Below are positions 50,040 to 61,225 of a stretch of 64,000 nucleotides of DNA, piece after piece. Source of the DNA: Bugula neritina (Eukaryota > Animalia > Bryozoa); NCBI GenBank assembly GCA_964035545.1, contig OZ037773.1, positions 10,693,751 through 10,757,750 on the forward strand, given 5' to 3'. The notes beneath the pieces were generated by a model. It did not search any database. It saw only the letters and a program-made list of their open reading frames with translations, and had not been told where the DNA came from. The stretch's first letter is position 1. Each line of letters starts with the position of its first letter. Made by a program: the position numbers and the translations under genes.

Positions 50040-51980
50040 ATACAATATATACACTCTCTATACGATATATACACTTTCTATACAATATATACACTTTCTA
50101 TACAATATATACACTTTCTATACAATATATACACTTTCTATACAATATATACACTTTCTATACAATATATACACTTTCTATACAATATTTACACTTTCTA
50201 TACAATATATACCCTTTCTACACAATATATATACACTTTCTATGCAATATATACACTTTCTATACAACATATACACTTTCTTTACAATATATACACTTTC
50301 TATACAATATATACACTTTCTATATAATATATACACTTTCTGCTATACAATATATACACTTTCTTCTATACAATATATACACTTTCTGCTATACAATATA
50401 TACACCTTCTTCTATACAATATATACACTTTCTATACAATATATACACTTTCTATACAATATATACACTTTCTATACAATATATACACTTTCTATACAAT
50501 ATATTATACACTTTCTATACAATATATTATACACTTTCTATACAATATATACCCTTTCTACACAATATATACTCTTTCTATACAATATATACTCTTTCTA
50601 TACAATATATACACTTTCTATATAATATATACACTTTCTGCTATACAATATATACACTTTCTGCTATACAATATATACACCTTCTTCTATACAATATATA
50701 CACTTTCTATACAATATATACACTTTCTATACAATATATACACTTTCTATACAATATATACCCTTTCTACACAATATATATACACTTTCTATACAATATA
50801 TACACTTTCTATACAACATATACACTTTCTTTACAATATATACACTTTCTATATAATATATACACTTTCTGCTATACAATATATACACTTTCTTCTATAC
50901 AATATATACACTTTCTGCTATACAATATATACACCTTCTTCTATACAATATATACACTTTCTATACAATATATACACTTTCTATACAATATATACACTTT
51001 CTATACAATATATACACTTTCTATACAATATATTATACACTTTCTATACAATATATTATACACTTTCTATACAATATATACCCTTTCTACACAATATATA
51101 CTCTTTCTATACAATATATACTCTTTCTATACAATATATACACTTTCTATATAATATATACACTTTCTGCTATACAATATATACACTTTCTGCTATACAA
51201 TATATACACCTTCTTCTATACAATATATACACTTTCTATACAATATATACACTTTCTATACAATATATACACTTTCTATACAATATATACCCTTTCTACA
51301 CAATATATATACACTTTCTATACAATATATACACTTTCTATACAACATATACACTTTCTTTACAATATATACACTTTCTATACAATATATACACTTTCTA
51401 TATAATATATACACTTTCTGCTATACAATATATACACTTTCTTCTATACAATATATACACTTTCTGCTATACAATATATACACCTTCTTCTATACAATAT
51501 ATACACTTTCTATACAATATATACACTTTCTATACAATATATACACTTTCTATACAATATATACACTTTCTATACAATATATTATACACTTTCTATACAA
51601 TATATTATACACTTTCTATACAATATATACCCTTTCTACACAATATATACTCTTTCTATACAATATATACTCTTTCTATACAATATATACACTTTCTATA
51701 TAATATATACACTTTCTGCTATACAATATATACACTTTCTTCTATACAATATATACACTTCCTATATAATATATACACTTTCTGCTATACAATATATACA
51801 CTTTCTTCTATACAATATATACACTTTCTGCTATACAATATATACACCTTCTTCTATACAATATATACACTTTCTATACAATATATACACTTTCTATACA
51901 AAATATGCACTTTCTATACAAGATATACACTTTCTATACAATATATACACTTTCTATACAATATATACACTTTCTATACA
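50040..51980. repeat. Intergenic ~20-bp minisatellite with higher-order periodicity
   Basis: TACAATATATACACTTTCTA; variant blocks recur about every 540 bp. Confidence 0.95.
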
Positions 51981-52170
51981 ACGTATTTTATGAACAAAAC
52001 CATGTGTAGAGCTTATTGCCGCAATAGCTTTCGGTTTTCAATCAAGTTGCTGGCATTTCAGCATTTTTGACAATAACTGGAGCTTTATAGTAGAGTTGGT
52101 AGTATTGAATCTCTACTAAGTGTAACTTGAGAGTTGTGAGAGAGTTGGTAGTATAAACACACTCGTTAAG

Positions 52171-55100
52171 ATGGGACAGAAGTTGACATATCGAAGAGAC
52201 TTCAATGCTGGCAGTCTTGTAGGCAACTCTGTAGACATATATGGTGGCAGTTACCTCTGTCTACCTTGCCGGTGCACCACCAGAACTGGTGTCTACGTCT
52301 CAACCATCATCTCTCTGGTAATATTCCACTTTAACTCTGCTTCAAGTCTGTATAATAGAGATATATTACATGTATGCTGTATAGTAGAGATATATTACAA
52401 CTGTATGCTGTATAGTAGAGAGATATTACAACATGTATGCTGTATAGTAGAGATATATTGCAACTGTATGCTGTATAATAGAGATATATTACAACATGTA
52501 TGCTGTATAGTAGAGATATATTACAACATGTATGCTGTATAGTAGATATATATTACAACTGTATGCTGTATAATAGAGATATATTACAACTGTATGCTGT
52601 ATAGTAGAGATATATTGCAACTGTATGCTGTATAATAGAGAGATATTACAACTGTATGCTGTATAATGGAGATATATTACAACTGTATGCTGTATAATGG
52701 AGATATATTACAACTGTATGCTGTATAATGGAGATATATTACAACTGTATACTGTATAACTTAGGTCTGGGGTATCACAGCCATTATACTGGATTTGACG
52801 AAGATTGGTGAGTGAATGTTTACATATATATAAGTCGATCTTAGGTAATGGTTTTAAATACTGTGTGCTTCTACCAGACTGACCTGTCTGATGTTAAAGT
52901 ATGTATCACACTGACCTGTATATTAAAGTATCTACCACACTGATCTGTATATTAAAGTATGTATCACACTGACCTGTATATTAAAGTATCTACCACACTG
53001 ATCTGTATATTAAAGTATGTATCACACTGACCTGTATATTAAAGTATGTACCACACTGACCTGTATGTTAAAGTATCTACCACACTGATCTGTATATTAA
53101 AGTATGTATCACACTGACCTGTATATTAAAGTATCTATCACACTGACCTGTATATTAAAGTATGTACCACACTGACCTGTATATTAAAGTATGTATCACA
53201 CTGACCTGTATATTAAAGTATGTACCAGACTGATCTGTATATTAAAGTATGTATCACACTGACCTGTATATTAAAGTATGTATCACACTGACCTGTATAT
53301 ATTAAAGTATGTACCAGACTGACCTGTATATTAAAGTGTGTACCACACTGACCTGTATATTAAAGTATGTACCACACTGACCTATATATTAAAGTATGTA
53401 CCACACTGACCTGTATATTAAAGTATGTACCACACTGACCTGTATATTAAAGTATGTATCACACTGACCTGTATATTAAAGTGTGTATCACACTCACCTG
53501 TATATTAAAGTATGTACCACACTGACCTGTATATTAAAGTATGTACCACACTGACCTGTATATTAAAGTGTGTACCACACTGACCTGTATATTAAAGTAT
53601 GTACCACACGGACCTGTATATTAAAGTATGTACCACACTGACCTGTATATTAAAGTATGTACCACACTGACCTGTATATTAAAGTATGTACCACACTGAC
53701 CTGTATATATTAAAGTATGTACCACACTGACCTGTATATATTAAAGTATGTATCACACTGACCTGTATATTAAAGTGTGTACCACACTGACCTGTATATT
53801 AAAGTATGTATCACACTGACCTGTATATTAAAGTGTGTACCACACTGACCTGTATATTAAAGTATGTATCACACTGACCTGTATATTAAAGTATGTATCA
53901 CACTGACCTATATATTAAAGTATGTACCACACTGACCTGTATATTAAAGTATGTACCACACTGACCTGTATATTAAAGTATGTATCACACTGACCTGTAT
54001 ATTAAAGTGTGTATCACACTCACCTGTATATTAAAGTATGTACCACACTGACCTGTATATTAAAGTATGTATCACACTGACCTGTATATTAAAGTGTGTA
54101 CCACACGGACCTGTATATTAAAGTATGTACCACACTGACCTGTATATTAAAGTATGTACCACACTGACGTGTATATTAAAGTATGTACCACACTGACCTG
54201 TATATTAAAGTATGTACCACACTGACCTGTATATATTAAAGTATGTATCACACTGACCTGTATATTAAAGTGTGTACCACACTGACCTGTATATTAAAGT
54301 ATGTATCACACTGACCTGTATATTAAAGTGTGTACCACACTGACCTGTATATTAAAGTATGTATCACACTGACCTGGATATTAAAGTATGTATCACACTG
54401 ACATATATATTAAAGTATGTACCACACTGACCTGTATATTAAAGTATGTACCACACTGACCTGTATATTAAAGTATGTACCACACTGACCTGTATATTAA
54501 AGTGTGTATCACACTCACCTGTATATTAAAGTATGTACCACACTGACCTGTATATTAAAGTATGTATCACACTGACCTGTATATTAAAGTGTGTACCACA
54601 CTGACCTGTATATTAAAGTATGTACCACACGGACCTGTATATTAAAGTATGTACCACACTGACCTGTATATTAAAGTATGTACCACACTGACCTGTATAT
54701 TAAAGTATGTACCACACTGACCTGTATATATTAAAGTATGTATCACACTGACCTGTATATTAAAGTGTGTATCACACTGACCTGTATATTAAAGTATGTA
54801 TCACACTGACCTGTATATTATTTGTTTTTGTAGACTACTATTACCTCTCACCAAACTTTAACCTCAAATTCTACACTATTTGGACCACAGCCGTACTTCT
54901 GGCTCTCATCACTATGAAGTACATGGTAAGCCATTTTCTATATTGATATATTGAGTTATGTACTGATACTATACACTGAGGTGACCTGATACTATACACT
55001 GAGGTGACCTGATACTATATACTGAGGTGACCTGATACTATATACTGAGGTGACCTGAGATTATATACTGAGGTGACCTGAGACTATATACTGAGGTGAC

Positions 55101-56830
55101 CTTAGACTATACACTGAGGTGACCTGAGACTCTATACTGAGTTGACCTGATACTATATACTGAGGTGACCTGAGACTATATACTGAGGTGACCTGATACT
55201 ATACACTGAGGTGACCTGAGACTGTATACTGAGGTGACCTGAGACTATATAAACTGAGGTGACCTGATACTATATACTGAGGTGAGCTGAGACTATATAC
55301 TGAGGTGACCTGATACTATACACTGAGGTGACCTGAGACTATATACTGAGGTGACCTGAGACTATATACTGAGGTGACCTGAGACTATATACTGAGGTGA
55401 CCTGAGACTATACACTGAGGTGACCTGATACTATACACTGAGGTGACCTGAGACTATATACTAAGGTGACCTGATACTATGCTATGTTGCAGGAAAAGTT
55501 ATGGTGGCTCTGTATACCCTATCTTTTCTTGACCTCTGGTTACATCATCGGGCTGATAGCTGACACAATTATTTTTCTGTCTCATGGTAAATACCCTGAC
55601 TGTTCATCTATACTATATATTGTTATATATAATATTGTTCTGTATTATATTGTTATGTATTATATTGTTATGTATTATATTGTTATGTATTATATTGTTA
55701 TGTATTATATTGTTATGTATTATATTGTTATGTATTATATTGTTATGTATTGTATTGTTATGTATTATATTGTTCTGTATTATATTGTTCTGTATTATAT
55801 TGTTATGTATTATATTGTTATGTATTATATTGTTATGTATTATATTGTTATGTATTATATTGTTATGTATTATATTGTTCTGTATTATATTGTTATGTAT
55901 TATATTGTTATGCACTACATTATTATATATTATTATACATTATATTGTATTGTTATATATTTTATAGAATCGTTTGAAGTTCCAATTCATTATTTACACT
56001 TTGCCGTTAACATCCCTATGACGTTGTTTCAGGTATTTAAAAGTTATCAGTACTTACAGTACCTACAGTACATTAAATACATACAGTATACTTACAGTAT
56101 ACCTACAGTACATTAAATACTTACAGTATATTTTCAGCTCTGGACTGTGCTGCACTGCGCTTACTATGTCTATGAAATGAGATGCAATCATGTGACCACC
56201 CTCCCGGCAGCTACCGCCACTATCTCTCTCAATCGCTGCCCCAGGTGGTGTTACAACTTCTTCTTACAACACATTACTGGTGCTGCCGGTGCTTCCGGTA
56301 CAAGTGGAGATACTGGTGCTTCTCATGAGCATCAGCTTCTTAATCCTCGACCTACACCCGGTATGTAATATAGTAATATAGTGTGTAATATAGTGTGTAA
56401 TATAGTGTGTAATATAGTAATATAGTAATATAGTGTGTAATATAGTAATATAGTGCGTAATATAGTGTGTAATATAGTAATATAGTGTGTAATATAGTAA
56501 TATAGTGTGTAATATAGTAATATAGTGTGTAATATAGTAATATAGTGTGTAATATAGTAATATAGTGTGTAATACAGTAATAATATAGTGTGTAATATAG
56601 TAATATAGTGTGTAGTGTAGTGTGTAATATAGTAATATAGTGTGTAATATAGTGTGTAATATAGTGTGTAATATAGTGTGTAATATAGTAATATATGATA
56701 TATTATGATAATATTGGAGGAATGAGAGCAAGAGCAACTCACCCCCCACACGCTGTGCAAGAGGCAACCTTCTAATCATATTTCCGACGAATCAGTTGAC
56801 TCCAGACTCCTCTTCGACCAATCAGCAGTA
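52171..56830 (+). CDS. Orphan multi-pass (about four TM) membrane protein; exons approx 52171-52317, 52765-52807, 54834-54925, 55493-55586, 55969-56031, 56138-56360, last exon from ~56720 (end uncertain)
   Basis: Six exons join in phase with canonical sites; hydrophobic segments GVYVSTIISLVWGITAIIL, FYTIWTTAVLLALITM, WWLCIPYLFLTSGYIIGLIADTIIFL, HFAVNIPMTLFQLWTVLHCAYYVY. Confidence 0.7.
52350..56695. repeat. Membrane-protein-gene intronic arrays: ~32 bp (52350-52760), 29 bp x ~66 (52876-54820), 23 bp (54965-55480), 15 bp (55618-55915), AATATAGT-based (56365-56695)
   Basis: CACACTGACCTGTATATTAAAGTATGTAY; TGAKACTATAYACTGAGGTGACC; TATTGTTATGTATTA. Confidence 0.95.
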
Positions 56831-57442
56831 AGTCAGAAATCTATACATGCCTCTTCTGCTGGCAATATGACGCCATAACTCCCAAAACCTCTCACACGCT
56901 TTGCTAATAGACCTTCTTAGGAGTTTTCATATTCAACATACACTCTATACTTGTGAGCAGAAGGTATTATATTCTATGCAAAGTTTACTTATGGTGCATA
57001 ATTTCATTTTACAGGACAATAATGAGGAGTCATCTACCCTTCTTACTTGTCTGATTCGTCACTACCAAATATTGTTATGATTTTCTCCAGTTTGATGTTC
57101 ATTAGTAAACAAACAATAAAAATTATTTCAAGGGTGAAAATGTTTTTGCTCTGTCATTATAGGAGGCTGTGTGCCAGTTACTTTCTAGTTCTGTAGTATT
57201 TATTGCAAGTTATATTTTTTGTAGTATTTGTTACATTTCACATTATATATACTTATTAAACAAACTATATTTTTACAACAATAAACTGAACAGAAATTGT
57301 ATAAGGAATTAACATGAAGTTGTGCGACTATATAACAACATATCAGAAAAATATCTCAATATAGGAAGCAGAGCTTTTCAATGATACAAAGATTTGGGTG
57401 AAATAATGACAGCCAAATGATAACAGTCAGGCAAGTGTTTAG

Positions 57443-60400
57443 CTACTGACTTTCCAAGAAAATGGCTTTTACTGCAGAACCATCTGAGTCTTCAAAATAA
57501 GCATCTCCTACTAGGAAGTCTGTCAAGAAGTTGTGCAGCATGAAGTCGTATTCTTCAGCTTCACTAAAGCATTCTCCTTCTTCAATGCAAACGGATGTGT
57601 AGTTGGTAACATCAGCTGCCGATTTACAGTCAATTACTCTAAGACGGTACTTCCTGTCTCTACCATCCACATTCCAAATGTGCACGAACTCTCGACCAAC
57701 TAGGGTGTCCGGACATCTTACAATCTCTGCAGCTTTATTTACCACACTCACAGGAATATCCAACTTCTGATTGATTACATTCTCTTCAAATGAACTTGGA
57801 ACTTGGGTGAACGATTTAATTGTTGAAGACAACAACCGTCTCTTTTTGTCAATCTGGGACTGCAGTTTTACTTGAATTCTCTCACCAATTTCTTCTGAAA
57901 CTTGCGTCGCTCGGCATTTAGATGTACTTTGGAGTGTCCTTGAAGCTTTAATTGAGTTATATATGGATCCACTTTCAAAAGTATCCAACCATTCAAAGGT
58001 TTTATTAGTCGCAAAGGCTACTTTAGCCGACAAATGTGCAGCAGTTGAATTTTGTGAATTACGACACAAATTATCAGTCATACCTAAAACACTTTCTGCA
58101 ATCATGTTGTCTGATGGGGCATTAGTAGCAAGAACAACTCTTTCAGGAGGAAGTTCGTACAGTTCCCCTCCTTGAAGGTACCGTGTTAGTTGTCTGACCA
58201 TTACTTGCTCAAATGACTTGGCTGTTTGAGAGGCCAGAGAGAGTAAAGCATGATCTGGTTCAACAGCATTGAGGTGTAAAGCTACAGGGTCTTCAGAATT
58301 GGTAATGTTGAAACAGTTAAAATCTTTACTCCACAAAAGTTCAGGTTCTTGTACAAGTTTCTGGACGTTCTTATAGGCCTGGTTTAGTATTCGACTGCTT
58401 TCAAGGTTGGAGACATTTTCTTTCCGGTACAAGCATGTCATCCATGGCCCTGTTAACCGTTTCCCAAAAAGTCCTCCAATGAGCAGCTCTTGTCTTACAA
58501 CATCTGACTGCAAAGCTGATAGAATACCTTTAGAAATTTCCTTTTCAGACACATCAGAGAAATACATTATAAGTAATTTCAGCAGATAGTAAATGTTGCC
58601 GCAAAGAGCAAATAGAACGTGAAATCTATTGCCAACGTATCGCATTATAAGCCTATGATCTTCCTTTTGATGATCAAAGAATGCTTTAAATTTATTTGGT
58701 TCACCTGAAGAATTTTTTCGTTTCATCTTTGATATATTTATGATGAGTTTCAGCAAGACCGACTCATTTCCAGGAAGGGTGGAGGAGACATTTTGCTTTA
58801 ATTCATAAGATTTTGCCAACTTTCTATACTCTATAGAAAGGCTGTCCAATGGATGTATATTGCAATTCAGTTCCATTAAGGAGTGGCCCACATATTGTTC
58901 CAGTTTTGCTGTAACACAACTATTTACAGCAGCTCGATCACTCAAAGTTGAAGTGATGTTTTCTTTGACTTTGCTCAGCACCTCCAGCCTGTCACAGTTG
59001 GTATTAAAACTGCAGTAACAGTCCACCGCATTTTCTAAAGCTGAGATGATGTGCTCTGAATAATCTGATGCTTGACTACCAGCTACAACAGTGACATCAA
59101 GGACAAAGTGTCCGGAGTCTGTATTAACATGAACTTCGTTCAGATGTTTCCATTTTACTGTTGTAGCATCCCATGCTAGATTCACAAAGGTAGAATTTAG
59201 AATTGCCTCAACAGTTTGAACCATAGAAAGAAGACGCATCTCAGCTATCATGTTCAAGACCGAAGTCACCGAAGGCATGGATGAGAAAGATATGTCAAAC
59301 AGCAATAAAGAGATTTCCTCAATCAAACTTGAAATAAACCTGGTTGGTACCCGGTGACGAGCGCATAGATAAACAGCTTTACGGATTTTTTCTTGGTACT
59401 TGCCGCTTTCTTTTGTCTCTACTACTGCGTTTGTCTTTGAGTTTTTTGAGATTTCTTGCAGTCGTAGAGCTTCTTGCAATTCATCCATTGCCACTTCTTG
59501 ATCTTGAAGCTCCAATTTGAGAGCAGAATTTTGCTTTTTGAGTTTAGAAATTTGTTGTATGTATGCAAGCTCTATAGCTCTGTTGGTAGCCACAGCTTGC
59601 TGAGTTTTACTGTTGCTATGGACAACCTGAATAAGCTGTTTCTTTGTTTCAGCCAATTTTTGTCTAAGAGGTAAGTTCCTATTTTCAGCTCTTCTCATCT
59701 TACTGTAAACTCTTTTGTACATTTTCTTCTGTTTGTTACAAGCTTTTCGTGCTTTTTCCAATTTAATTTCGATTTTAGCCTTTTCAGACACTAGACTTAA
59801 GTTCTGTTTAATCAATTTGCTTGTCTTCAGCTGAATGTACTTGTACTTGAAGTTAAGCTGATTTAATTGATTTGATAAGTTTGTAGAGTGTTTGCTAGAC
59901 TTTGACTTTAGCTGGGAATCCTTAGCTGACAGTTTTGAGTGTTGAGGTTCTGCAGGTTGGGTATTCGCAAGTGTTGGGGATTGTCTTGGCAACTTCGTCT
60001 TTGTTGATGGTCCGCGGGCTACAGGCTGCTTCAGTGTCGATGGTCCGCGGGCTACAGGCTGCTTCAGTGTTGATGGTCCAGCTACTGGCTGATTCAGTGT
60101 TGATGGTCCGGCTACTGGCTGATTCAGTGTTGATGGTCCGGCTACAGGCTGCTTCAGTGTTGATGGTCCGGCTACTGGCTGATTAGTTTCTACTGGCTGT
60201 AGCTTCAGGTATTTTGATGGCTGTATATTCAGCTGTGTTTGGTATTGTAATGGCTGTATATTTAGTTGTGTTTGGTATTGTAATGGCTGTACATTTAACT
60301 GTGTTTGGTATTGTAATGGTTGTAGCTTCAGGTATTGTAATGGCTGTACATTCAGCTGTGTTTGGTATTGTAACGGCTGTACATTCAGCTGTGTTTGGCT

Positions 60401-61225
60401 TTTTGGTGACTCTACGTTTAGCTCTGATCGACTTTGTGGTTGCTCTGCGCTCAGCTGTGGTTGACTTTGCAGTGACTGTCTGCTCAGTTGTGGTTGACTT
60501 TGCAATGACTGTCTGCTCAGCTGTGGTTGACTTTGCAATGACTCTCTGCTCAGCTGTGGTTGACTTTGCAATGACTGTCTGCTCAGCTGTGGTTGACTTT
60601 GCAATGACTGTCTGCTCAGCTGTGGTTGACTTTGCAATGACTGTCTGCTCAGCTGTGGTTGACTTTGCAATGACTGTCTGCTCAGCTGTGGTTGACTTTG
60701 CGATGACTGTCTGCTCAGCTGTGGTTGACTTTGCAATGACTGTCTGCTCAGCTGTGGTTGACTTTGCAATGACTGTCTGCTCAGCTGTGGTTTACTTTGC
60801 AATGACTGTCTGCTCAGCTGTGGTTGACTTTGCAATGACTGTCTGCTCAGCTGTGGTTGACCTTGCAATGACTGTCTGCTCAGCTGTGGTTGACTTGCCT
60901 GCCGATCAGGAAAATCAAACAAAGTCAAATCTACTAGTTCTATATCTAAAAATGCAATCATTTGAACTCTGATATGCCGCCTTTTTACAGATTTGTTTTT
61001 CTTTTGGTATTCTTGCCAAATCTCCTCAATGTCAGACTCTATCAATCTACTGCTAAACTTTTCTGGAAGGGTCATGAATACGTGCTTCACCTTCTCCGCA
61101 ATTGGCTGGCCGTGTCGCAGTTGTTTCAACATGACCACAATATGACCATGTTTTAAGCACTTTAGTGTAGTCAGTGAGTTTAGCTCTTCACCAAAAGAGT
61201 TTAGTATCTCTAAGTAGTCCATCAT
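57443..61225 (-). CDS. Intronless DDE-transposase-like protein, copy A (~1260 aa), CxxH-type (hAT/P/MULE/Kolobok-like group)
   Basis: Candidate triad D (LAWDATT), D (LSDRAAVN), E (DNMIAESVLG); CNIH after the second D; GNRFH motif; preceded by a coiled coil and Gln-rich repeats. First ATG at 61225 (ORF track starts at GTG 61237). Superfamily not resolved; no TIRs found. Confidence 0.72.
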   Translation of the reverse strand: MMDYLEILNSFGEELNSLTTLKCLKHGHIVVMLKQLRHGQPIAEKVKHVFMTLPEKFSSRLIESDIEEIWQEYQKKNKSVKRRHIRVQMIAFLDIELVDLTLFDFPDRQASQPQLSRQSLQGQPQLSRQSLQSQPQLSRQSLQSKPQLSRQSLQSQPQLSRQSLQSQPQLSRQSSQSQPQLSRQSLQSQPQLSRQSLQSQPQLSRQSLQSQPQLSRQSLQSQPQLSRESLQSQPQLSRQSLQSQPQLSRQSLQSQPQLSAEQPQSRSELNVESPKSQTQLNVQPLQYQTQLNVQPLQYLKLQPLQYQTQLNVQPLQYQTQLNIQPLQYQTQLNIQPSKYLKLQPVETNQPVAGPSTLKQPVAGPSTLNQPVAGPSTLNQPVAGPSTLKQPVARGPSTLKQPVARGPSTKTKLPRQSPTLANTQPAEPQHSKLSAKDSQLKSKSSKHSTNLSNQLNQLNFKYKYIQLKTSKLIKQNLSLVSEKAKIEIKLEKARKACNKQKKMYKRVYSKMRRAENRNLPLRQKLAETKKQLIQVVHSNSKTQQAVATNRAIELAYIQQISKLKKQNSALKLELQDQEVAMDELQEALRLQEISKNSKTNAVVETKESGKYQEKIRKAVYLCARHRVPTRFISSLIEEISLLLFDISFSSMPSVTSVLNMIAEMRLLSMVQTVEAILNSTFVNLAWDATTVKWKHLNEVHVNTDSGHFVLDVTVVAGSQASDYSEHIISALENAVDCYCSFNTNCDRLEVLSKVKENITSTLSDRAAVNSCVTAKLEQYVGHSLMELNCNIHPLDSLSIEYRKLAKSYELKQNVSSTLPGNESVLLKLIINISKMKRKNSSGEPNKFKAFFDHQKEDHRLIMRYVGNRFHVLFALCGNIYYLLKLLIMYFSDVSEKEISKGILSALQSDVVRQELLIGGLFGKRLTGPWMTCLYRKENVSNLESSRILNQAYKNVQKLVQEPELLWSKDFNCFNITNSEDPVALHLNAVEPDHALLSLASQTAKSFEQVMVRQLTRYLQGGELYELPPERVVLATNAPSDNMIAESVLGMTDNLCRNSQNSTAAHLSAKVAFATNKTFEWLDTFESGSIYNSIKASRTLQSTSKCRATQVSEEIGERIQVKLQSQIDKKRRLLSSTIKSFTQVPSSFEENVINQKLDIPVSVVNKAAEIVRCPDTLVGREFVHIWNVDGRDRKYRLRVIDCKSAADVTNYTSVCIEEGECFSEAEEYDFMLHNFLTDFLVGDAYFEDSDGSAVKAIFLESQ

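Noticed and set aside
1631-56779. Long low-complexity ORFs in the track (for example 31682-33421, 50036-51154, 11239-12000, 9646-10422, 46528-47646)
   Set aside because: They are translations of stop-free tandem repeats, open in several frames or on both strands, and lie in introns or intergenic DNA.
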